Source of the DNA: Octopus sinensis
Lineage: Eukaryota
Reading direction: 5' to 3'
Length of the DNA: 64,000 nt
Assembly (NCBI RefSeq): GCF_006345805.1
Contig: NC_042997.1
Span: 58,094,001 to 58,158,000, forward strand
Shown: piece by piece, positions 1 to 10,789 of the stretch
Layout of the letters: every line of letters starts with the position of its first letter
Position numbering within the stretch: position 1 is the first letter of the stretch
Translations under genes and position numbers: made by a program
The notes under the pieces: model-generated
Databases searched by the model: none
What the model was told of the DNA's origin: nothing
Seen by the model: only the letters and a program-made list of their open reading frames with translations

Positions 1-82
1 CTTGGGCTCATTGGGTTCTGTGAAACCATCCAACCCATGCCAGCATGGAACATGGACATTAAATGATGATGATGATAATGAT
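1..82 (+). mobile_element. 3' tail of RTE-type LINE (5'-truncated)
   Basis: ccaacccatgccagcatggaacatggacattaaa(tga)n matches the 3' end of the long RTE copy at 3182-6235. Confidence 0.8.
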
Positions 83-1187
83 AATAATGACAATGGAAGG
101 TTCACAACTTCTGCTTGTTTCAAACACTACCACTTGAAGTATATGTCTAAGCAGATTTTCCAGATTTCACTTCTTTGGCATGCAAAACCATGAAATGTAT
201 AATAAACCATGTGAGATCAAGCAAATGTTTACACCTGTTGTCCTAAATAAGACACTTTCCTTGTCTCCAAAGGAATCATATAATTCCACTAACTATAGAA
301 TACTGGGAACCTCAAGTCTTAAGAGTTTGTGTTTTCTAATGCTACGAACCGCTGCATACCTTGGAAACCTAATATTTTGCAAGACAATAGATATGCATGT
401 TTACCTTGAGAGTTCCACACTTGCATGATACTGAATCGCTTATTATGATGCCTAACAGGATTGTAATTAGATATACTGAATTGTTCAAAAGAGTTTTGAT
501 CTATGATTTTGACCCTGGAGATCTGCTCGAAAGTATTTTAAGATGATGTGGTGTGGTAGGTGGAAGATTTAGTGGCTATTTCTAGTAAATCAAGTGATAG
601 TGTAGAGCTCTCTCCTTAGTTTGTAATGAAGTAAACTACAGAAAATTTTCGAAACACTAAACTGGCGATCCTATTCATTACCGTTTTTATATATAAGGTT
701 AATCGCCAGTAAAATTTATGACGTAGGGGATCGGTTAGAGTTAAGTAAGAGTCTAGGGCGAGGGGCTAAGTAGCAGGCTAGTCCAAGGTTGGAAAGCTAT
801 ACTTATATTGAAATATTTTGTACATGCACTAAAAATACGGGGCTGCACAAAATTTCTGTTTGTTTTATGATGTTTGGGATACCTGTTTTTAGGGGATGTT
901 TTAAGAAATAATCCGTATGTAAATATAGTACTAAAGTTTCAATTGGGTATGGCAATTAGTATACCATCAAAAAATTTAACTCGGAAGTTTTCATCTTTTA
1001 CGAGAAATGATAATTTATTTTTTAATCAATCTTAATACTCGAAATTTATAGGAGAGAGAAAGGGAGCAGGAAATTGTGTCGTTGTCAATGAGATGTACAA
1101 TAAACAAAATTGAGTAGCAGACGCAATCATATAACTTGTTATATATTTAAATTTAATAAACTCAATAATTTGGCGACAAAAGCTTAC

Positions 1188-1326
1188 CATCATTAAGGTA
1201 AATTACTACAAGAGGTAGTATGTATGTTAAAAGAGTAATGAAAACCTGTAGAGCTGTAGCTTTGGAGAAAATGTGACTTCGATATCGGCGTAATTCAGCA
1301 TGAGAAAAGATTTCAAAGACCGCCAT
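1188..1326 (-). CDS. TMEM231: Transmembrane protein 231, coding exon 1 (gene continues left out of the window)
   Basis: Manual translation from ATG at 1326 gives MAVFEIFSHAELRRYRSHIFSKATALQVFITLLTYILPLVVIYLND-G, then donor G|GTAAGC at 1187 (139 nt, phase 1). It matches the remembered human N-terminus MALYELFSHPVERSYRAGLCSKAALFLLLAAALTYIPPLLVAFRSHG, with the intron at the same position. No exon-2-like peptide was found in 1-1187. Confidence 0.9.
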
Positions 1327-1361
1327 GTTCAAACTAAAGTTGCATCGGAAATGTAACTGCG

Positions 1362-1375
1362 GTAACCATAGTAAG
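1362..1375. promoter_or_regulatory. RFX X-box-like motif in the TMEM231 promoter
   Basis: GTAACCATAGTAAG is 13/14 to the RTHNYY-WT-RRNRAC consensus and lies 36-49 bp upstream of the ATG of a ciliary gene. Confidence 0.55.
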
Positions 1376-1385
1376 GATATTTCGT

Positions 1386-1394
1386 CACTTCCGG
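1386..1394. promoter_or_regulatory. ETS-type motif (CACTTCCGG) in locally CpG-enriched promoter
   Basis: cacttccggg about 60 bp upstream of the TMEM231 ATG. Confidence 0.35.
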
Positions 1395-1679
1395 GTTCTG
1401 AAATCCCACCCTAAAGCTGTATGTTTATGTTTACGGAATAAATACATTTATAGTGATGGAAATTGTTAGGAACTAAGGGTACGCTAAGGTTCAAGTGGTT
1501 GAAGTTGAGGTGTTGGGGGCTAGACACTATAAGTCTCCCGCTGTCCGTGGGTTGATAAATAGGAGTACACCATAATCGTGCGTTGTACCTTTCCCAATCA
1601 ATCTACATTTAGTTATTTTTTAATCTTCTTTGTACTGAGTATAACTACATAAATGTTCCCCTACTGATTTTGTTTCCTC

Positions 1680-1985
1680 ATAACTTTAAGAAAATGGGCG
1701 CTTTTTGATGAAATTTTCTACAAATATTTTCAAATGATGTAGATTACAGTTATATCGGAACTTAATATAGTAAAAAAAAATATTTCTTTTTTTTAAATGG
1801 TGGGCGCTAACACATCATTAACTTTTTCAAAATTTTAGTCTCATTTTGTAGATACGTATGTGCGCACTCTTCACTTTTTTCTCATTTTTTTTTCTAAAAA
1901 TTCCTATATGATCGTAATTTACATAATCTGAAAGGTATTTTTTGAATATTTCACCAAAAAGTATCCATTTTCCTCAAAGTTATGC
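1680..1985. mobile_element. MITE-like element with inverted repeats (copy 1)
   Basis: cataactttaagaaaatgg ... ccattttcctcaaagttatg inverted pair; a related copy lies at 2703-2910. Confidence 0.5.
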
Positions 1986-2124
1986 CATAGAATTAATGAA
2001 ATAGCTAGTCTCTAAAGCAGTAAAAAAACGTACTTAAAGCAGATAGTTACGAGATCTTACATTATGAAATGTAAATCGACCCAGGACTTTAAAAAAAATC
2101 TAATACTTATTCTAAGTTACAGGG

Positions 2125-2322
2125 ACGTAAACAAACCAACACCGGTTGTCAGGCGGTGGTGGGACACGTCCATACATACAACAGGCTTCTTTCTGTTTAC
2201 CAAACTCACTCACAAGTCGGCCGGGGCTATAGTAGTAGACATTCGCTCAAGGCGCTGCACAGAGGGACTGAATCTAGGATCATATGGTTAGGAAGTAAGC
2301 GTCTCAATCACACAGCCACGCC
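2125..2322 (-). mobile_element. tRNA-derived SINE, degenerate
   Basis: Reverse complement matches the SINE head at 2990 (ggcgtggctgtgtg...ttcagtccc...gggcaagtgtcttctactatagc). Confidence 0.7.
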
Positions 2323-2702
2323 TACAATTACTATACCTTTAGTAATTTACTCTCGCATGATTGGAGAATTAGATCTCTGCAGACCATCTTAGAGCAGTTT
2401 GGCACTACTTCTTTGAAAATAAGTTGTATTCAAGTCAATAAGTGAGCCGCTATCAGGTTAATCGATCTGCTGGAAATAGCAACCAAATCTTACCCCAAAT
2501 CACAACGGTTGAAACGTCTTTGATCAACTTTGATTGGGGCTAAACAACACTGTCAAACTGTTTTATAATAAGCACAATTCTTCATCTGGAACTTTGGCTG
2601 ATTCTAAATTCTATGTCGAATAGCTAATCCTAGTGTGGGCATACACATATAAGAAAGTGAGGCATCCATATACAAATGTGGCCCTCTGCCAGCTTTATTT
2701 CT

Positions 2703-2910
2703 TCATAACTTTCAGAAAAATGGATATTTTCTAATTAAATTTCCTACAAACACACATTGTGTAGATATATATGTGATGTATGTTAGTATGTGTGTGTGTG
2801 TGCCCACTACTCTTTTTCTTTCTACTTTAAATTCCAATATAATCCTAATTTACAGTATCTGAAAAGTATTTATAGAAAATCTCATCCCAAAATACCCATT
2901 TTTCCAAAAG
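2703..2910. mobile_element. MITE-like element with inverted repeats (copy 2)
   Basis: cataactttcagaaaaatgg ... ccatttttccaaaagttac; the interior is homologous to 1680-1985. Confidence 0.5.
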
Positions 2911-2989
2911 TTACAAGGAAACAAATTTGGCCGGGGCCACACTTGTGTAGGTATGCCCTAAGTGAAACATTTGCATTAAACAAAACAGG

Positions 2990-3149
2990 CGTAGGAGTGC
3001 CTGTGTGGTAAGTGGCTTGCTTACCAACCACATGGTTCTGGGTTCAGTCCCACTGCGTGGCACCTTGGGCAAGTGTCTTCTACTATATCCTTGGGCCGAC
3101 CAAAATCTTGTGAGTGGATTTGGTAGATGGAAACTGAAAGAAGCCCATT

Positions 3150-3180
<31 letters not shown>
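2990..3180 (+). mobile_element. tRNA-derived SINE, 5' half (3' half at 6330-6565)
   Basis: A-box/B-box-like head ending in (TA)n; intact relatives at 16578-17045 and 50290-50670 show both halves joined. Confidence 0.8.
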
Positions 3181-3181
<1 letters not shown>

Positions 3182-3344
3182 CATCATCATCATCATCGTT
3201 TAACGTCCGTTTTCCGCGCTAGCATGGGTTGGACGGTTCAACCGGGATCTGGGAAGCCAGAGCTGCACCAGGCTCCAGTCTGATCTGGCAGTGTTTCTAC
3301 AGCTGAATGCCCTTCCTAACGCCAACCACTCCGCGAGTGTAGTG

Positions 3345-3635
3345 GGTGCTTTTTATGTGCCACCGGCACAGGTGCCAGGGGAGTCTGGCATCGGCCACGA
3401 TTGGTTGGTGCTTTTAACGTTCCACCGGCACGGAAGCCAGTCAAGGCGGCGCTGGCATCAGCCATGTTCGGATGGCGCTTTTTATGTGTCACCGGCACAG
3501 AAGCCAGTCGAGGCGGCGCTGGCATCGGCCATGTTCGGATGGTGCTTTTTATGTGCCACCGGCACAGAAGCCAGTCAAGGTGGCACTGGCATCGGCCACG
3601 TTCGGATGGTGCTTTTTATGTGCCACCAGCACAGG
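3345..3635. repeat. Tandem array of about 67-bp units in the RTE 3'UTR
   Basis: Five units of ggtgctttttatgtgccaccggcacagaagccagtc...ggccatgttcggat, each with a gtgcc-acc-ggcac stem-loop. Confidence 0.9.
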
Positions 3636-4515
3636 TATCACAACTACTATTTCCATTGATATTTATTTCGATGTTCATGTACTTGACTCAATAGGTCTCC
3701 TCAAGCACAACGGGATGTTCTGGAATCCAAGGTACTTTGAATGGGCAGAGGATATGCGGGACTGGTGCAGGAAGCAGCCCGGGTCTTTGCAGTCACAGCA
3801 TGTCTCCAGAGATCTCGGTCCTTCGTCATTGCCTCTGTGAGGTCCAACACTCTGAGGTCATGCTTGACTACCTCATCCCATGTCTTCCTGGGTCTACCTC
3901 TCCCCCTGATACCTTCAACTGTTTGGGAGCAGCACTTCTTCACACATCTCTCCTCATCCATCCGCAGTACATGACCATACCATCACAAGCGTCGCTCTTG
4001 CACACCACATCTGATGCTTCTTATGTCCAGCATTTCTTTCAGGGTGCTTACCCTCTGTCGTGCGCGCACACTGACATTACACATCCAGCAGATCATGCTA
4101 GCTTCATTTCTTTCAAGTTTATGCATGTCCTCTGCAGTCACAGCCCATGTTTCACTACCGTGAAGCATGGCAATTCGCACACATGCATCATACAATCTAC
4201 CTTTCACTCTGAGCGAGAGACCCTTTGTCGCCAGTAGGGGTAGGAGCTTTTTAACTTTGCCCAGGCTATTCGTATTCTAGTGGTGATACTCTCTGAGCAT
4301 CCACCTCCACTACTAACTTGGCCACCCAGGTAGCGGAAACTATCAACTACTTCTAGTTTCTCCCCCTGGAGTGTGATGGAATCTGTTTTCTGAGTATCTG
4401 TGGTGTCCATTGTCCCTGTGCATCTGCCACACTTGAAAGCTATCTTATCAGTTAATTTCCCTTTGATGTTGCTGCACCTCTTATGTGTCCATAGTACATC
4501 TTATGGAGTTTCTAC

Positions 4516-5508
4516 CTACGCCTTATGGGTACATCTTATGGAGTTTCTACCTACGCCTTTCCTACAGACCGAGCAGGGCCGCCTGCCCAAGGGGGTGTGT
4601 GCTGAGTTCGCCTTTTTGTTTACTATAACTTTGGTCTTTGCTACATTTACTCTAAGGCCCTTTGATTCTAACCCTTGCTTCCACACCCAAAATTTCTTTT
4701 CTAGTTCCAGTAGTGATTCTGCTATGAGAGCCAGGTCATCAGCATAGAGGAGCTCCCAGAGGCAACCTGTTTTGAATTCCTCTATTATTGCCTGGAGGAC
4801 TATGTTGAATAAAAGGGCACTGAGGGCTGAGCCTTGGTGTACACCTACTTCTACCCGGAATTCTTCACTATATTCGTTGCCAATCCTAACCTTGCTGATA
4901 GCCTCTCTGTACAGGGCCTGTACAGCCCTTATTAGCCATTCGTCAATCACCAGTTTCCGCATCGACCACCAGATAAGGGATCGGGGGACCCTGTCAAAGG
5001 CTTTCTCCAAGTCCACAAAAGCTATGTAGAGGGGTTTATCTTTAGCTAGGTACTTCTGCAGTTGTCGGACCAGGAATATAGCATCAGTGGTGCTTCTACC
5101 CGGCACAAAACCGAACTGCATCTCATCTAAGCAAGTTCTCTCCCTAATGAGATGGGTTATGACCCTCTCTGAGACCTTTATCACCTGATCCAACAGTTTA
5201 ATAACCCTGTAGTTATTTCTATCTAGAGCATCACCCTTACCCTTGTAGCAGTTGACTATGGTGCTGCTACGCCAGTCATTGGGTATGACTCCATTATGAA
5301 CTACCTGGTTTACAATGCGGGTGACTAGGCCATAGCCCACATAACCAGCTGTTTTAAGCATCTCAGCAGGGATTCCTGATGAGCCGGGGGCTTTACCTGG
5401 TTTCATACCCTTAATTGCCTTAACTACAAGGAAGCTGTTTATTCGGATAGCTGGTCCCTCTACTGGGTCAACATTTGGCAGGCTCTCCTCCTCCCATTCA
5501 TTCTCCAC
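4516..5508 (-). pseudogene. Reverse transcriptase segment of the RTE LINE
   Basis: 330-aa ORF with KAPG, QFGFVPGRST, FVDLEKAFDRV, GVHQGS and LYADD motifs; flanked by frameshifts and a 35-bp tandem duplication near 4495-4560. Confidence 0.92.
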
Positions 5509-6233
5509 ATTCAGCAGTCTTTCATAATGGCTTCTCTAAGCCTCTTTCTTTTCACCATCATTAGAAGCAAGTGCCCCATCATCCATGTGGACATATTTCT
5601 CTCCTGTAACATCACTATTTTCTCTCACACACTGTCTAGCAATCCGAAATACCTCAGTTCTTTGGTCCTCACGTCGCTGGACATTGGCAAACTTCTTCTT
5701 TTCTGCTACATCTTTGGCTATGTATACCTGCCGCCCAGCCTCCCTTTTGGCTACCTGGTACAGTTCCCTGCTACCCCCATCCCTCCAGGCTTTCCAGGCC
5801 TGTTTCTTTGCACTAATGGCTTTGTCTACTTTGTCCACCACCACGTAACTCAGCAAGCTGTCCCGTAGGAATTTCCAGCTACCTTCTATGTCCGACGTCT
5901 GTAGCTCCTCCTCCCTCTCATCAAATTTCTTGATGAGGATGTCTCTGAATCTCTGACCATGTGAAGGGTTCTTTAGCTTCCAAATCCTTCTTTTCTGGAT
6001 TGGTCTGTTTCTTGGAATCCTTCTGGCCTCAAACCTAAAGTCACTAATGATTAGCCTATGCTGAGGGGTACATTCTTCACCCGGGAGGGTCTTTGTATTT
6101 AAGAGCAACCCTGCATCCCGCTGTCTGGTGAGGATGAAGTCTATTTGGCTAGCGGAGTCTCCTGACTGATAGGTTATAAGGTGGCAGTCAGGTTTCCTGA
6201 AGTTAGCGTTGCAGATTAAAAGGTTACATGCAT

Positions 6234-6309
6234 CACCGCAAAATGTGGGAGTAGTTAGGAATCTAAATCGTAGGAGACAGACACACAACTTCACTTTTAT
6301 ATATAAAGA
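6234..6309 (-). mobile_element. Helitron 5'-end fragment
   Basis: Begins A|TCTTTATATATAAAA and is near-identical to the 5' end of the complete Helitron at 10139-10774. Confidence 0.75.
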
Positions 6310-6329
6310 TATATATATATTATACATAT

Positions 6330-6565
6330 ATATATATATGAATGTGTGTGCATATGTTTGGGTGTCTGTGTTTGTCCCCCCAACATCGCTTGACAACCGA
6401 TGGTGGTGTGTTTATGTCCCCGTAACTTAGTTCGGCAAAAGAGACCGATAGAATAAGTACTGGGCTTACAAAGAATAAGTCCTGGGGTCGATTTGCTTGA
6501 CTAAAGGTGGTGCCCCAGCATGGCCACAGTCACATGACTGAAACAAGTAAAAGAGTAAAGAGTGT
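6330..6565 (+). mobile_element. tRNA-derived SINE, 3' half
   Basis: gtctgtgtttgtcccc...cttgacaaccgat...gactgaaacaagtaaaaga, shared with other SINE copies. Confidence 0.8.
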
Positions 6566-6999
6566 CTGTTATTCAGTGTAACATAAATTTAATAATTGTG
6601 TATGTGTGTGTGAAGGTACATAGCTTAATGGTTAGAAGGTTACGCTTACGCTCATAAGCTTGTGGGTGATTTCTGTACTGAGCAATGTGTTGCTGCAGTC
6701 TATCCAGCTGAAAATAAACACCAACCCCTACCCCTGAGCTGTCACTATTCTTGATGTTTTGATTGGTCAAAGAGTAGGAGATCTGAGTTAGTGCTTATTT
6801 TCTGTTCACATCTACAATGGCACCTAAAAGAATTAATGAAACATTGGCACCTAAAACATACTACCAGATCGTATTTGTTTGCAAGAGGCTGCTATGTTTT
6901 TATTCTTATGAATATGTTTCTGTCATTTTGCAAAAGTTGAGAAAAGAATTGAACTTGGCAGAATTTGAACAGAAGGCATTTTACAGTTCTATATTTAAG

Positions 7000-7125
7000 A
7001 ACCCAGGTTCGAAATTTCCCCAAAACACCCGATGAAGGCTGGAGGGTATATCAGCCAAAACACTGTCTTAACAACAAACAAGATGAGGACAAATATTCGT
7101 CAAATGTAAATAATGTAGAAGACAT
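7000..7125 (+). mobile_element. Probable Penelope-like pLTR remnant with decayed hammerhead
   Basis: aacac-CcGATGA-aggctg-gagggtatat-cagcc-aAAAC: stem II intact, two core substitutions. Confidence 0.45.
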
Positions 7126-7339
7126 TTTGTTTGATGTTCACATGATACTGCCAATACGTGTGTGTGTGTATACATACATACATACCTTGTACCTGGACTT
7201 CACATCTCTTTCTCTCTCTCCCTCTCTTTCTTAGTGAGCAAACCATATATTCACTTCTTCTGCAAGACACCATACTTTTGTTCATCTGTCATAGTTTCTT
7301 ATCCCTCCTTTTCTATGCCCCACTCAGTTGAGGGGTCTT

Positions 7340-7910
7340 ATCTTGCAGGTGTCTGGTGAGCTCACCAATACTGATGTTGCATAAAAAGCACCCAGGACAC
7401 TCTTTTATGTGGTTTGCATTAGGAAGGGCATCTAGCTGTAGAAACCATGCCAAAGCAGACAGTTTGTCTGTCCAACCCATGCCAGCATGGAAAAAAAAGG
7501 ATGTTAAATGATGATAATCTCTCCCCCTCCCCCTCCCTTCCTCTTTCTTTTCTCTCTCACTCTCTTCTCCTCCCCTCTCTCTTCTTTTCCAACAGGGGTA
7601 ACCATGTATCTCCTCTACTGCAAGACACCTATCATACTCTAGCCTCTTGCTACCTGACACAAAGCCATCTCCTCCAAAAACTATTTACCCTTCAGTTGAA
7701 GTGTCTTGTTTTGCAATTTACTTGGTAACTTCAGTGGTGCTGGTGTCACATAAAAACCACCTAGTACATCTTGTAAAGTGGTTGGAATTAGGAAGGGTAC
7801 CCACCCATATAAACCATGTCAAAGTAAACAATAAAGCATGACATAGTTCTCTAGCTTGCCAGCTCCTATCAAACTGTCCAACCCATGCAGGCATGGAAAA
7901 CAGACATTAA

Positions 7911-7960
<50 letters not shown>
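7340..7960 (+). mobile_element. Two RTE 3'-tail copies (about 7340-7515 and 7720-7960) ending in (GAT)n
   Basis: cataaaaagcacc...ggcattaggaagggcatc...aacccatgc...ttaaatgatgat. Confidence 0.75.
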
Positions 7961-8376
7961 ATATAAATACATAGATATAAAAAAAGTTGCATATTTATTT
8001 TCTATTTTTATTGATATAACCTGATGCTTAAATTTTCCCTGGAAGCATTTTCCAGCTAAATCTTAACAATAAGAATTTCACTTTGGAAGACACTGTTATA
8101 AACTAGGACGTATATCTAAAAGCAATTAATTTCTCAACTGAGATGAGAAAACTGCACCAGGTTGTAATTCAGATCACAAGACTTAATCATGTATTTCTCA
8201 TTCCTCAGGCGCTTCTTTCAGCAGCAATCTGACATCTTAAATCACTTGGTCATTGCAATTTCCACACATGCATTTTTACTCTAGTTATTTTTTCCCTTAT
8301 ACAATGGGAATGTGAATCCTGTAAAAGCTCTCTGCTTAATGAAAGAAGATTGCTGTTTGACATCCATGATTCCATG

Positions 8377-8591
8377 TTAACCTTTTTATTACAATATTTC
8401 TGTTGAAATGCACTACCTTTGCTATTTTGAAAATAATGAAGACTTTCATAAAATTATTTTGTCATTTATAAGCTAGTATTTGGAACATAAATTAACATGA
8501 AATTTTAATGGAAGGTTTTAATTCAGATCATTGAGAGTTTGTATCCTGGAACTAGAGGTAGCCTCAGGCAGGTTGGTATCAAAAGGGTTAA
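8377..8591. mobile_element. piggyBac-type MITE
   Basis: TTAA-cctttt ... aaaaggg-TTAA; relatives at 20018-20214 and 51371-51593. Confidence 0.65.
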
Positions 8592-9639
8592 CATAGATGG
8601 GATAGTTTTGTGGGGATGGTTGATTTAAAAGAAGAATGCACCAGCTACTGCTTCTTAATTATGAGAAAAAAAATAGAGCCTAGAATGCTGATACTCTGAA
8701 TTTCTCTCCTGCTACAACAGTTGACTCGCAATGGAACACTAACATCATCAACCTCATCTGTTTCTGAAGGTCTATAAAAGCCTCTGACACAGTTCGTTCC
8801 TTGAAACTAATTCTATTAAAAATTAACAGAAATTACACAAGGCAGATGTTGGTTTATTGAAGATTTGTAAACCATATTACACAAAAGCTGCCAAGGACAT
8901 GTTGAATATATACTGTAAATGGCTACAATGGCTTTATAGAATACTGTCTTGACAACATCTTTGATGCAGTGGTAATTATATTAATGATCTATAACATTTT
9001 GGTGAAGAATACAATTATATTGACTCCTAACTCTAAAATGTAAAGGCGACTCCTGTGGAACTTGAGCTTAAATTGTTGAGGGACACATCTCAGTACTGAT
9101 AGAAACTTAGTTCAAAGCTCTGCATTTTCAGCTGCTTGTATGATAAAGATCTCCTGATCTGAAAGGTACTTTAAGAGTTTGTATTATGAAATAGTTTTAT
9201 AGCTTAAATGAATAAAAGATAAGTATTTCTTTAACTACAACATTAGTTTGACTCAAGTAATATCCTCCGGATGATCTGATTTTATTTTATGGAAGCTATG
9301 AACTGTGACATGTAGAATCAAATGTCTGCATTACAAATGAACACAAAGTATATGTACTGGTGGTCCAATACTTTATTCAGTTTTTCTTCTATAGCATCTT
9401 TATTGCTGAGTGGTGACTGTGTGTTATAACAAATACACATGCATCATTCTTTGTATACAAAAAATGATACATATATATTTGATATGGTACACACCAACCA
9501 TGCACCACTTCCAGTTTCTTGGCTTTTATTGGAACCTGCTGTGTTACACAGTACTCAGTAACTATAAACAAAATTAGCTAAATGTCAGTGGATCATACCT
9601 TATCATTTGACTAACTTAATATGCCAATGACACATAAAA

Positions 9640-9860
9640 GGACCCATGATAGTGACATGTTAAAGGTACCCATGCCAGTGACATGTTAAAGTCACCTGGT
9701 ACATTCTGTGAAGTGGTTGGCATTAGGAAGGGCATCCAGCCATAGAAACCAAATCAAAACAGACTGGAGCCTGGTGCATTTCTCTGGCTTATGAGTTTTA
9801 GTCAAACTGTCTAACCCATGCCAGTACAGAAGACATGCTAAATGATGATGATGATGATGA
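9640..9860 (+). mobile_element. RTE 3'-tail copy
   Basis: gtggttggcattaggaagggcatccagc...aacccatgcc...(tga)n. Confidence 0.75.
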
Positions 9861-10138
9861 AGCTGACATAACTTAATATGCACCATAATTAGTTGGCCAA
9901 ACCATTAGTTCCAGGTTAATGCTGACCTGGAGTTAAGTAGCAATAACAAATTAATTCAAGAACTGGTGGAGATGGTGATACCTCAGTGTGGTTGCAATCC
10001 AATGACTGAAGCAAGTAAAAGGTTAAAGATATGGGATATATGGCAATGACACTAGAGCTATTATCTCACTGAAGCACCCAGTGAATGCTGTAAAGTGGTT
10101 GGTAAATGAGTGACAAAATCCTTTAGTTTTATTGAGAA

Positions 10139-10774
10139 CTAGCAGTATCACCCGGCGTTGCTCGGGTTTGTAAGGGAAATAACTATATAAGCATTTTTAG
10201 AGAGTTATAGCCAAAAAATAGCAAAAAATGCATTAAAAATGGAAAAAATATGATGGTAAATTTTTTGAAAAATCGTTGACTCATCGTAGACATTTTTAGA
10301 GAGTTACTTCCCTTATATAATAGCGAAAAAAATGCATTAAAATGGAAAAAAAACGATGGTAAATTTTTTTTTAAATCGTAGACTCATGTAGACGCTTTCT
10401 TAGCCATTTCTGTTTTGGTGTCTTCAAGCCATGAAGTCGTTGTTCTAAAAGAACGCTGGTCTCCTGACAACGCATTACGACGTGATTTCCTTACACTCCC
10501 TTCCCCACAGGTGCAGGTGTGAGCGTGGACGCCAACTCCGCCGCAATCGACACACGAAAAATTATATGCATTAAAAATGGAATAAAAATGATGTTAAATT
10601 ATTTTTAAAATCGTAGACTCATCGTAGACGCGCGCTAATACTCAAACGGGCTCGATATGAATCACGACTATAAGCTACCCGAATTTGGGTAAACTGCACC
10701 GCAAAATGTGGGAGTAGTTAGGAATCTAAATCGAAGGGGACAGACACTCACACAACTACAGTTTTATATATAGA
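10139..10774 (-). mobile_element. Complete non-autonomous Helitron
   Basis: 5' TCTATATATAAAA, 3' CTAG, subterminal hairpin cccgagcaacgccggg, inserted between A and T; internal repeats of about 100 bp. Confidence 0.85.
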
Positions 10775-10789
10775 TATAACATAGCGCAG

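Larger units (their letters stand above)
3182..6235 (-). mobile_element. RTE-clade LINE, 5'-truncated and frameshifted
   Basis: Endonuclease C-terminal part (CNANFRKPDCHLITYQSG..IDFIL), RT ORF, Cys-rich segment, C-terminal GRGRPRKTWDEVV, 3'UTR and (GAT)n tail, all on the minus strand. Confidence 0.92.

Noticed and set aside
406-452. 47-nt exon-like segment as TMEM231 exon 2
   Set aside because: The phase-1 frame (GIIISDSVSCKCGTLK) does not resemble the expected GFWxK..Y.EQP peptide.
3345-3635. CRISPR-like periodic array
   Set aside because: Whole units are near-identical with no unique spacers, there are no cas genes, and it is the 3'UTR of a eukaryotic LINE.
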